A DNA stretch of 64,000 bases from Rhodospirillales bacterium (GTDB lineage Bacteria > Pseudomonadota > Alphaproteobacteria > JAJFIK01). The notes under the pieces were generated by a model that worked only from the letters and a program-made list of their open reading frames with translations, did not search any database and had not been told where the DNA came from. Made by a program: the position numbers and the translations under genes. The stretch covers positions 6,616 through 70,615 of the forward strand of contig JAJFIK010000009.1 in the NCBI GenBank assembly GCA_021775005.1. The letters run 5' to 3'. This document shows, in pieces, positions 50,591 to 58,618 of this stretch (its first letter is position 1; each line of letters opens with the position of its first letter).

Positions 50591-51603
50591 CAGCCGCCTC
50601 CAAATATATTGCCGAGCATAGTCTCTGCAAACCCGGCCCCGACCCAGGGAACAATGGGAATAAGAAGATACAGCGGCAGCCGCGCCGCGGTGGGCAGATC
50701 CATAGGCCATTCGCGCACTTGTTCAATGCGGGTCTCTAGCGCGATAAGCGCAGGGATGCCGCTCACATCGCCGTTGCTATCGAGGCGCTTACGAGCTTCC
50801 GCCAGTCGCATGCGAATTCTACCAAGCTCTACTTCTTTGGCGGCGCGGATTTTTCGTCTCACCGGCTGCATAGTGGAGACAAAGTTGAACACAGCAATGG
50901 AAATCGCAATGCCCAGCGTGGGCTGGGCAAACACCGTGCCTTCGTTGTTGATAAAGAACAGCAAAATAATACCCACAAAAATCAGCCACACAAATGCGCC
51001 GCGCATGGCGATGCGTCCGAATATGGCAAGCTCGTGATGGCGATAGAGATCGATTTCCAACTTCTCTTTGATAAGTGCTGCCATGGCGTTGCCGGTAAAA
51101 ACCGAAGCCACAACGCCCCGCGCCAGCTGCACCCACAGAATTGGCGTCATTATGGCGAACCAGAATCCGATAGATCCCAGAAAGGCAAGAACATTACCGC
51201 CAGCGTTGGTCCAAATCATAAAGCCCAAGAAGATCGCGGAACAGATCAGACCGCCAATGGTCGCATTGCGCAAAGCGTTTGCGTTCTGTTGGCGCAGAAC
51301 ACCCTCCAATGCGAAGATGCGGCGCAAGTTGTCGTTGTCTCGCTGGCTGGCTTGAGCTTCAAAGTAACTCACGCCCAAGACGGCGCAATAAATGAGCGTC
51401 AAAATAAAGGCAAGACGCATGGTCTGCGCGCCGTTTGGGTCTGCGACAAAGGCGGTGAAATCTGCCGTAATCCAAATATTGGCCAAGAACGCGCCATAGA
51501 CCAGCAAACCCATTCCGATGACCGTTGCAACGGGCCCCAATGGCGAGGCGCGAAAGACCCAAAGTTCAATCGCATTACTATCTCTGAGGGGGATGCCCGT
51601 CAC
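50590..51603 (-). CDS. Hypothetical polytopic membrane protein
   Basis: 337 aa, >=6 predicted TM segments, no recognisable family. Confidence 0.45.
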   Translation of the reverse strand: MTGIPLRDSNAIELWVFRASPLGPVATVIGMGLLVYGAFLANIWITADFTAFVADPNGAQTMRLAFILTLIYCAVLGVSYFEAQASQRDNDNLRRIFALEGVLRQQNANALRNATIGGLICSAIFLGFMIWTNAGGNVLAFLGSIGFWFAIMTPILWVQLARGVVASVFTGNAMAALIKEKLEIDLYRHHELAIFGRIAMRGAFVWLIFVGIILLFFINNEGTVFAQPTLGIAISIAVFNFVSTMQPVRRKIRAAKEVELGRIRMRLAEARKRLDSNGDVSGIPALIALETRIEQVREWPMDLPTAARLPLYLLIPIVPWVGAGFAETMLGNIFGGG

Positions 51604-51885
51604 ACGGTAACCTTTCGTTTAGAATCGCTCGGTCTTCTCGTGCACTCTAGGGGGCGGCACGGGGCAATCGCAACGGGCCGCTGCCAGCGAATCACTTCGC
51701 CCGCGATTTGGCAGAGTCGCGGGCGGGGCGGTTTTTGCGGATCTGCGAAAACTTCGCGGATTCAACGAGTTATTGACGGGGCGGGGGCCGAGATTCGACT
51801 CTATGTGCCCGGTGTGATGGGAATCAGAACGGCGTTGGCCAAGCGCTGGGGGGCGATGGGCTGACGGGGATTTTTGGGGAACTAG

Positions 51886-52230
51886 ATGGAACATGACGTC
51901 GTTCACTTTAAAGGCCGTTCGGGGAAGATGTATCCCTTCACGCGCTTTCCGATCACCACCACGCTGCTCAGCGGCGGCGCGGGTTACATCTTGTTGTCGG
52001 AAATTGCGCGCAAAGCCTTTGAGGTGATTTCCATCCACGCCACCGCGAACATCGGCGGCGAGGATGTGAAAGACAACTCCACCAAGGCGATCTTCTCCGA
52101 CCGCGCCTCGCACATTTGTGTGCACTTTGAGGACGACACCGATGTGCGGCGCGCCCTCAAAGAAGATATCGAACTACATTACTTCGGCGAAGTGACGCCG
52201 GAGCTGGAGCATCAAGACGCACGCTGGTAA
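51886..52230 (+). CDS. Hypothetical protein
   Basis: 114-aa ORF with plausible spacing. No recognisable domain. Confidence 0.35.
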   Translation: MEHDVVHFKGRSGKMYPFTRFPITTTLLSGGAGYILLSEIARKAFEVISIHATANIGGEDVKDNSTKAIFSDRASHICVHFEDDTDVRRALKEDIELHYFGEVTPELEHQDARW

Positions 52231-52235
52231 CGCGG

Positions 52236-52643
52236 TCAGTTACTTGCCTTGTCGCCGCCTGCGCGGTCTTTTGAGCGATGGATGATCAGGGAAAGTACGA
52301 CCCACCAAATGGCAATAATGGCCCCTGTGAGAATGTCGGCGTTTACGCCCTCAGAAACATAGCCAGCGTTTTGCGCAATGGTCATGCCCAGCGATCCTGC
52401 CAGCACTGCACCTGCCCCGATTAGCGACACGCGCAGAAGGCGATAGGCCTTTTCGCTCTTCTCGACCACTCGAGTGAATTTCCCGGAGATGCTCAAGGCC
52501 ATCATCGATGCGGGCAAGAACCCCATGGCGATCAGATAGGCCCACATGCGGGTGGTGTCTTGCGCAATGGCGACCCAGGCAAGCGCGCCCACAAGCCCGA
52601 TCATCAACCAAACTCCAAGCGTATTTACCTTGTTGGCGGACAT
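52236..52643 (-). CDS. Small 4-TM membrane protein (paralog of 55269..55694), last gene of SdpR/SdpI-like operon
   Basis: Shares AMGFLPASMMALS and LIGAGAVLAGS blocks with the 4-TM protein ending the second operon. Confidence 0.5.
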   Translation of the reverse strand: MSANKVNTLGVWLMIGLVGALAWVAIAQDTTRMWAYLIAMGFLPASMMALSISGKFTRVVEKSEKAYRLLRVSLIGAGAVLAGSLGMTIAQNAGYVSEGVNADILTGAIIAIWWVVLSLIIHRSKDRAGGDKASN

Positions 52644-52692
52644 AGCTGTCCCTCCTTTTGTTAGTATACAGATTAAAAAACGTAAGCGGTGG

Positions 52693-53274
52693 TTAGCTCA
52701 TTCGCTGATTTGTTGACATCAGCACCCAGCGCCCAATAACGAGCACAACGGCGCCAGCACATATGATCGTTGAAACAATATTGGCGGGCCCGATGGGCAA
52801 GGTGAGCCACGCACCCGCATAGCCGATCCCGGCAACAACAAAGGTCCATCCTGAAAAGCGCTGCAGAGATTGAATGGCGGCCGGGGAGTGGCGTTTCTCA
52901 AGCATGGGCTCCAGCCGTTTGGGCATGAAGTTGCCGATGATCACTAGCACCAGCCCAACCCCAACACCGTAAGCGCGGCGCACCACATCACCGCCTGCGC
53001 TGCCAAGAAGGCCGGCTGCCTCTGCGGCGCTGAACCCCAGCGTTAGGGTAAGAAGGCTTGCAGCCAAAACGGCCGAGCCGCGAATTTCATTGAGGCCCTT
53101 GCGGCCGCGCAACAAGACCTCAAAGGCCCCCCAGGCGACAGGCAGGAACAATCCAGATATTGCCCATGTCATGGCGTCTTCTGGGTCGAGTGCCCAATTT
53201 GTCGTCGCCAATCCAGCCACAAGCGCAGCCCCCGCCAGCGGAAAGGCGAGAGGTATGGTGCGGGTTTCGGTCAT
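52693..53274 (-). CDS. SdpI/YhfL-family immunity-like membrane protein (copy 2)
   Basis: Start at MTETRT. GNFMPKRL...QRFSGWTFVVAG matches SdpI N-x-x-(G/P)-x-R ... (H/Q)R-x-x-G-W motifs. Paralog of the upstream gene. Confidence 0.55.
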   Translation of the reverse strand: MTETRTIPLAFPLAGAALVAGLATTNWALDPEDAMTWAISGLFLPVAWGAFEVLLRGRKGLNEIRGSAVLAASLLTLTLGFSAAEAAGLLGSAGGDVVRRAYGVGVGLVLVIIGNFMPKRLEPMLEKRHSPAAIQSLQRFSGWTFVVAGIGYAGAWLTLPIGPANIVSTIICAGAVVLVIGRWVLMSTNQRMS

Positions 53275-53302
53275 ATGGTTTTCCTTTCCTGGCGCGGGCT
53301 GA

Positions 53303-53866
53303 TTAGCGCGGCCTGCGCGCAAGGGCGCGGCGGGCCAAAACCAATCCAGAAGCAATGAGGGCCAAGGCGGTTGCAACAATATTGGCAGGCACAGTTGGCA
53401 AGATGAGCCATGCGGCGATGTAGCCGAGCCCGGCCAGCACAAATGCCCATCCAGTGAAGCGGTGCACGGCTTGAACGCGCACGGGGTCGAACTCCGCGTC
53501 ATCAAGGGGCGGAAGCCGTTTGGGGATGTAATTGCCCATGAAGATCAAAACGCCGCCCATAAGCAGCCCCAGCGCATTGCTTGCCAAGGTTCGGGCCTGT
53601 CCGTCGTATAGGTCGATTGATATGCCAATCGTGAAGAGCAACGGGAAGGCGAGCATGAAACTGGCAAAGAAGATCGAGCGGCGCACTTCATCCGAAGGCG
53701 CGTTACGCAATCCCTCAAGCACACCCCAGGCGATAGGAAGCATCACGGCAACGCCCGTCCACACAAACCAAAGCTCACGTTCCAAAAGCCAAACCGTTAG
53801 CGCCAACCCCGCCACCAGCGCATTGGCGCTCATGGGGTAGACCGCGCGCATCACTTTATCGCTCAT
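53303..53866 (-). CDS. SdpI/YhfL-family immunity-like membrane protein (copy 1)
   Basis: GNYIPKRL...VHRFTGWAFVLAG. Immediately downstream of an ArsR/SdpR-like regulator. Confidence 0.6.
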   Translation of the reverse strand: MSDKVMRAVYPMSANALVAGLALTVWLLERELWFVWTGVAVMLPIAWGVLEGLRNAPSDEVRRSIFFASFMLAFPLLFTIGISIDLYDGQARTLASNALGLLMGGVLIFMGNYIPKRLPPLDDAEFDPVRVQAVHRFTGWAFVLAGLGYIAAWLILPTVPANIVATALALIASGLVLARRALARRPR

Positions 53867-53869
53867 GGT

Positions 53870-54169
53870 TCAGTCCTCCTCATCGGGGTGCTCAACAGGC
53901 GCCCCTTCCATCTTCATGCCGAAGACTTCAGCAAAGCCGAGCAGCGCGTCTTCCAAAACCGAAAGCTTGATGCGGTAGATGATGGCCTTGCCGTCCCGTG
54001 TGGCATCCACAAGATTCGCTTCTCGCAAAACCGCAAAGTGGGCGGACATGGTGGGCTTTGAGACAGCAAATTCAGCCGCCAGCTCTCCGGCTGTCTTAGG
54101 GCCCTGACGCAGCAGCTCCAGCACCTTGCGGCGGGTGGGGTCGGCCAGGGCTTTGAAGACGTTGCTCAT
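53870..54169 (-). CDS. ArsR-family (SdpR-like autorepressor) transcriptional regulator
   Basis: 99 aa. ALADPTRRKVLELL...ELAAEFAVSKPTMSAHFAVLREANLV wHTH. Confidence 0.8.
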   Translation of the reverse strand: MSNVFKALADPTRRKVLELLRQGPKTAGELAAEFAVSKPTMSAHFAVLREANLVDATRDGKAIIYRIKLSVLEDALLGFAEVFGMKMEGAPVEHPDEED

Positions 54170-54350
54170 GCATAGATATTTAGCTAATTATCTAAATGAT
54201 TGCAAGAGGAAATCTGAAATTTATCCAAAAATGGCTGAAGTCTGGGTTGGATTGTCAGGTTGGTTAACCAACGGCGGCTGAGTGAGTTAAGCCAGTCAAC
54301 TCATCAACAAGGCTTGACAGATGGCAATCTTTAGTCGAGAGTGCCACGGT

Positions 54351-54437
54351 GCCTCGGTGGCGAAATTGGCAGACGCACCGAACTCCTAATTCGGCGATCA
54401 GTTGATCATGCGGGTTCGATCCCCGCTCGGGGCACCA
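54351..54437 (+). tRNA. Class-II (long variable arm) tRNA with tRNA-Leu-like D-arm and anticodon loop CUCCUAA (anticodon CCU, Arg AGG)
   Basis: Hand-folded. 7-bp acceptor (2 GU pairs), U8, 3-bp D stem with 11-nt D loop AAAUUGGCAGA, 5-bp anticodon stem ccgaa/ttcgg, 15-nt variable arm with gatc/gatc hairpin, T arm GCGGG-TTCGATC-CCCGC, A73, encoded CCA. Confidence 0.6.
54388..54409 (+). repeat. Direct repeat 1 (aattcggcgatcagttgatcat) inside tRNA (anticodon-stem 3' half plus variable arm)
   Basis: Identical 22-mer recurs at 55021..55042. Confidence 0.6.
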
Positions 54438-54462
54438 CACTAACCTCCCTGGAGACCGAAAA

Positions 54463-54975
54463 ATGGCAACAGCAAGCAGCGCCGCCAAGAAAAGACTTGA
54501 AGAACAACGGGGGCGGCTTATGGATGAGATCGTTGCCATTCGACATAGAATCGAAGGCTTAGAGATCGCAATTTCAACATTGGAAGATGAAGAAGAGGCC
54601 AAGAAGCAAAGTCGAAGCAGCGGGCGTCAAAAAAATCTTAAAAAGATTGTTCTTGATCTACTCGAAGAAGCAGGAACTCGAGGCCTGAATGCCACTCTTG
54701 CGGTTCAAACCGCGGAAAGACGTAACATTGAAATTGATCGAAATTCGGTATCTTCATTGCTTAGCCGCCTAAAACGGGACGATGTCGTCGACTATGATGG
54801 CCACCGATATCGGCTAAAGGTATTTTCAGCGTCAGCCGCGGGTGTAGCTCGAAGACGCGTTAGAAGTGAACCAGATAACGCAAGGAAACGCTTGGACGAC
54901 ACCCAACAGTTTAGAGACATTAACGAGGCTACTAAAGCCGCGATTTTGGCGCTCAATCGAAATTTGAAAAGTTAA
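54463..54975 (+). CDS. Hypothetical coiled-coil / winged-helix-like protein, low GC, inside tRNA-flanked mini-island
   Basis: 170 aa. N-terminal heptad-like region. IVLDLLEEAGTRGLNATLAVQTAERRNIEIDRNSVSSLLSRLKRDDVV resembles a wHTH. Confidence 0.45.
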   Translation: MATASSAAKKRLEEQRGRLMDEIVAIRHRIEGLEIAISTLEDEEEAKKQSRSSGRQKNLKKIVLDLLEEAGTRGLNATLAVQTAERRNIEIDRNSVSSLLSRLKRDDVVDYDGHRYRLKVFSASAAGVARRRVRSEPDNARKRLDDTQQFRDINEATKAAILALNRNLKS

Positions 54976-54979
54976 AAAA

Positions 54980-55006
54980 CGGGGCTAGCGCTCCTAACAC
55001 TAGCCC
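54980..55006. terminator. Hairpin ggggctag-N11-ctagcccc (T-run on minus strand)
   Basis: 8-bp stem. The reverse strand is followed by TTTTT. Confidence 0.4.
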
Positions 55007-55020
55007 CAGCGCCAAACTAC

Positions 55021-55042
55021 AAATTCGGCGATCAGTTGATCA
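55021..55042 (+). repeat. Direct repeat 2 (aattcggcgatcagttgatcat), candidate att remnant
   Basis: Exact copy of the tRNA segment 54388..54409. Followed by an AT-rich tract 55043..55270. Confidence 0.6.
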
Positions 55043-55268
55043 TACTATCGGATCAGCATTGACAATCTAGGTCAACCACATTTTGACGCAGTGATTAACC
55101 AATTGAAATATCACAGTTTTCGCATTGATAGAAAGAATGCGTGCCTACAAAATTGCCAACTATCTAGGTGTCACTAGCGCTATTCAGCGCGGTGCCGCCC
55201 CAACAATTCAGGCGCAATCCTTTGTTCATTCAAAACGGCTGAAGTCTAGGGATTTTGGACAGAAAAGA

Positions 55269-55694
55269 TTAGGAATCAGACCCAGCATCAGGGTCTTTTT
55301 CGGCAACCTGACTGAGCCGGTTGCTGAGAATATCAGCGAAAATCACAATCATTGGCAGCACCAGAAGGGTAATTATTTTGCCGCTGCCGTCGCCGGTCCA
55401 GCCCAGTGTGTCCGTTGCTGCAAAGCCAAAGGCGAGCGCCAACACCATGCCCGCGCCCACAAGGCCTGAGCGAAACCCGCCTGCCGCCCGCGGCCCGATG
55501 CTGATGGCTCCCGTGCGCCGCGCCAGCAGATGAAGCCCGGTCATCAGGGCGGGCATAAATGCCATCCCCAGCAGCCAGGTGAGAATCCGCTCTGGCGCGA
55601 GGGCAATGTTCACCGCGCCGGCCAGCACAACCAGGGCCGCGATGCCGATGACAAGCGGCGTCAATATCCGGGCAGGGGCAGCTTCATGCGTCAT
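55269..55694 (-). CDS. Small 4-TM membrane protein (paralog of 52236..52643), last gene of 4-paralog operon
   Basis: 141 aa, 4 TM. GMAFMPALMTGL and LVGAGMVLALAFG blocks shared with its paralog. Confidence 0.5.
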   Translation of the reverse strand: MTHEAAPARILTPLVIGIAALVVLAGAVNIALAPERILTWLLGMAFMPALMTGLHLLARRTGAISIGPRAAGGFRSGLVGAGMVLALAFGFAATDTLGWTGDGSGKIITLLVLPMIVIFADILSNRLSQVAEKDPDAGSDS

Positions 55695-55727
55695 TGCTGT
55701 CTTCTCCTTACCGCCGCGCCCCAGGCA

Positions 55728-56216
55728 TCAATCGACATCGCGCAGAGTCTCCTTTTGGCCTTCCTCAAACAGGTGATCGATGAAGGCGCGCACATCTGTC
55801 CGGAACGTGTGGCGAACCCGCTGCCACCACTCCAATGCGCCCTTGCGCACCGTCACGGGGCGGGCGTTGAGGGGAAGCTGCTTCCAATCTTCCTCGGGCA
55901 TTTGCTTTGCCCTGTGCTGCTCATAAATGTCCATCATGGACGCGGCCCATTGAGACAAATACGCGCCATAGGCAACACGCTCTTCTGCATCCAGATTCGC
56001 AAGGCCATCGACGCCCTTCACCCAGACGCGCCGGAGGTCGGGGTTTTCAAGAAGGTAGGCCTGGCTGCGCACACCAAGCGCATTGCGTTCGCCGATGCGG
56101 CGCAGCGCTTGCTCTTTGGTATTTGCGCGCACCTGAAACGCGAGATAGATCAGAGAAATGATAACGGCGATGCCGCCAAACACTTCGGCGTAGTTGGCAA
56201 GTTGATCAATAGGCAT
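55728..56216 (-). CDS. Single-pass membrane protein, tandem paralog P1
   Basis: Starts MPIDQLANYAEVFGGIAVIISLIYLAFQVRANTKEQ (TM anchor), then a divergent Trp-containing soluble domain. Confidence 0.55.
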   Translation of the reverse strand: MPIDQLANYAEVFGGIAVIISLIYLAFQVRANTKEQALRRIGERNALGVRSQAYLLENPDLRRVWVKGVDGLANLDAEERVAYGAYLSQWAASMMDIYEQHRAKQMPEEDWKQLPLNARPVTVRKGALEWWQRVRHTFRTDVRAFIDHLFEEGQKETLRDVD

Positions 56217-56736
56217 GATTCTCAATTCCTTTTCGGCCCTCGCCGCCGGCAACAAGATATCCCTTGCCCTTGCTCGAACTAAGCAAGTCGCTGACAAGTG
56301 CTTGGGTTGACGGTACGAAAAACACCTTCATCCCCGTCAACTCCCACCAATGGCGCCCGCCAACAGAACCAAGCACTGAATAGATCATCCGCTCAAGTGC
56401 CGCACGATCTTCCGCTGTTGCGTTTCCCGCGCGCCGCATTTTGTCCATCAATTCAAGAACCCGCACAGCCTTTGTCATCACGTTGTTGAACCGAAATTTG
56501 TCAGGGTCTGAAAGGGCCGTGTAGTCCGCAGTTCCGGTGACAAGCACCTCCGGCATTGTGCTGGCGTCGGTAAAGGGGTCAGAGAGCGACATAAGCAATT
56601 CATAGGCTTCTTGATCCCGGCGGCGTTTTTGCTCGCGCGTATTGTCCCGCACTTGAAACCCCAGGAAAATCAACGTGACAATGACAGCTCCGCCGCCAAA
56701 TATCTCCGCGTAATTTGCAAGCACATCAATCGACAT
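56206..56736 (-). CDS. Single-pass membrane protein, tandem paralog P2
   Basis: Starts MSIDVLANYAEIFGGGAVIVTLIFLGFQVRDNTREQ. Overlaps P1 start and P3 stop by ~11 nt. Confidence 0.55.
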   Translation of the reverse strand: MSIDVLANYAEIFGGGAVIVTLIFLGFQVRDNTREQKRRRDQEAYELLMSLSDPFTDASTMPEVLVTGTADYTALSDPDKFRFNNVMTKAVRVLELMDKMRRAGNATAEDRAALERMIYSVLGSVGGRHWWELTGMKVFFVPSTQALVSDLLSSSKGKGYLVAGGEGRKGIENHAY

Positions 56737-57241
56737 GGACACTCCTGGACGTTGGGGGGTTGACGCCCTGCGCTTCAAGCTCTGCCACCACCTGATCAAC
56801 GCGTTCGCGCACACGATCCGACGCAAGGGCCTTGTCGGCAAAATTACTCCACCAATACCGAATGTCGGGATAGTTGAACCCGCCAATCATATACCGGTCG
56901 AACCGCGCCAGCTCATCGGCGGTGATTGAGCCGTCTTCATGCATCCCAATAATCATATCAAAGGCATGAAAAACTTTGAGATACATGTTCGTAAATCTGA
57001 TCCGCTCGGCTTCGGTCAGATTGTTATAATCGCGCGCTGCTTTGACGAATGTCTCAGACAGGTTGGCAGGGCCAGACATAAAGTCATAAATCGTGTTTTG
57101 AATTTCAAAGCTTTCAAAGCGACGTTGATGGCGTTGCTCGCGTGTATTGGCGCGGACCTGAAAGGCCAAGTAAATCAGCGAAACGATAACTGCCGCACCG
57201 CCAAACACCTCTGCATAATTTGCAAGTTGATCAATCGGCAC
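56726..57241 (-). CDS. Single-pass membrane protein, tandem paralog P3
   Basis: Starts MPIDQLANYAEVFGGAAVIVSLIYLAFQVRANTREQ. Shares NLTEAERIRF and RYWWSNF blocks with P4. Confidence 0.55.
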   Translation of the reverse strand: MPIDQLANYAEVFGGAAVIVSLIYLAFQVRANTREQRHQRRFESFEIQNTIYDFMSGPANLSETFVKAARDYNNLTEAERIRFTNMYLKVFHAFDMIIGMHEDGSITADELARFDRYMIGGFNYPDIRYWWSNFADKALASDRVRERVDQVVAELEAQGVNPPTSRSVHVD

Positions 57242-57725
57242 TCGCGGCTTCCTCCCGGTCCCGCTCCACTATCAGGCGATCAATATGGGTTCGCACACGT
57301 GGCACAACCCGCTTGGCAAAGTCCATGTTGTTCCACCAATAACGTGAGCCTGTGGTCATCATAGTTCCAAGAATGAACTGCTCAAAGCTTTCATAGGTGT
57401 CCTGGTCGATGCTGCCTTCTTTACGCATTTGCATCACCAGATCAAAGGCGTGGCACATCTTCACCATCATAATGCCGAATCTGATCCGCTCCTCATCATT
57501 GAGCACGGCGTAATCCTCAGCGGCCTTCATAAAAATTCGCGTCGTCTCGGACCCGTCGACAATGTTGTTGAAGATTGAATTCTGAATCTCAAACAAGTCA
57601 TAGCGCAAGCGGTGGAGCTGCTCGCGCGTGTTGGCGCGCACTTGGAACGCCAAATAAATCAGCGAGACGATAACCGCCGCGCCGCCAAAAACCTCAGCGT
57701 AATTTGAAAGCGTATCAATCGGCAT
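57231..57725 (-). CDS. Single-pass membrane protein, tandem paralog P4 (first gene of operon)
   Basis: Starts MPIDTLSNYAEVFGGAAVIVSLIYLAFQVRANTREQ. Overlaps P3 start by 11 nt. Confidence 0.55.
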   Translation of the reverse strand: MPIDTLSNYAEVFGGAAVIVSLIYLAFQVRANTREQLHRLRYDLFEIQNSIFNNIVDGSETTRIFMKAAEDYAVLNDEERIRFGIMMVKMCHAFDLVMQMRKEGSIDQDTYESFEQFILGTMMTTGSRYWWNNMDFAKRVVPRVRTHIDRLIVERDREEAASAD

Positions 57726-57791
57726 GAAAGCCCCGCGCAATTTTCCAAGCGCTGAGATTAGGCGGGGGTTCGCAACGTGTCTAGGCGGGCG

Positions 57792-58592
57792 TTATTTGGG
57801 CAACGCCCAATTTTCACGCAAATAGTCTTCATGAAAGCCGCGCTTGAGAATGTTGCTGTAAGAGTGCTGCGCATCCCCTTCCACCGCCTCGCCCGTTTCG
57901 GTGGTGATGAGCGTGACGCCAAGGGCGCGAGCCGCTTCGATGCGGGCGGCAAGGACGATACTTTGGCTGCCGCGGCGGCGGAACTTCGGGTCAGTGGCGC
58001 CATAATCGACGACCGCTGCGCCGTCTTCTACATAAAGCCCGCCGGTACCCGCCGGGGTCTCCCCGTCAAAACTCATGAAAATGTGCCAGTTGGGGTGGTC
58101 AACCAGTGCGGCAAGGGCGGGTTGGGCGGCTTTGCTAATATCAAAAGCGTTACCGCAGACACGCGCAAAGTCATCAGCGTTGCTGCTGTCAATTTCGCGC
58201 ACCGTTAAATCAGATTTCGCCAGCTCAGCTGGCGCATTGTCGCGGAAAAATTTCATCCAGCCGCGGGTTGTCTCAAACCCGGCGTTGCCGAGCCAGTGGC
58301 GAATTTTATTTTTAGGCTCTGCTTGCGGCGCGACATGGATAAAGTAACGCCCGACTTCGGCGGCGTCATAGATTGCCTTGATGCGCGCAATGCCTGCTTC
58401 TGTGGCGGGCGCGTTCAGGCCCAAGCCAATTGTGCGATTGAGCAATATGCTGCCATCACCGGCGCATACGGAAACTGCCGCGCCATCAATCTCATAGAGC
58501 GCAAGCCCGAGCTGGTCGCGGATTTGGGGGCTGGCTGCTTCGTGCAAGGTTTCAACGGAGCGGCGCTCAACCCATTCGGTTTTGGATGTCAT
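57792..58592 (-). CDS. GNAT-family acetyltransferase (tandem GNAT-like halves)
   Basis: 266 aa with ...RRRGSQSIVLAARIEAARALG... acetyl-CoA motif in the C-terminal half. Confidence 0.65.
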   Translation of the reverse strand: MTSKTEWVERRSVETLHEAASPQIRDQLGLALYEIDGAAVSVCAGDGSILLNRTIGLGLNAPATEAGIARIKAIYDAAEVGRYFIHVAPQAEPKNKIRHWLGNAGFETTRGWMKFFRDNAPAELAKSDLTVREIDSSNADDFARVCGNAFDISKAAQPALAALVDHPNWHIFMSFDGETPAGTGGLYVEDGAAVVDYGATDPKFRRRGSQSIVLAARIEAARALGVTLITTETGEAVEGDAQHSYSNILKRGFHEDYLRENWALPK

Positions 58593-58618
58593 AGAATCCT
58601 CGCCAATTGTGCGGTGAA

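Noticed and set aside
55125-55469. 114-aa plus-strand ORF downstream of the mini-island
   Set aside because: It overlaps the better-supported minus-strand 4-TM protein gene and has a low-complexity basic translation. The hairpin at 55288..55312 therefore also has no clear gene to terminate.
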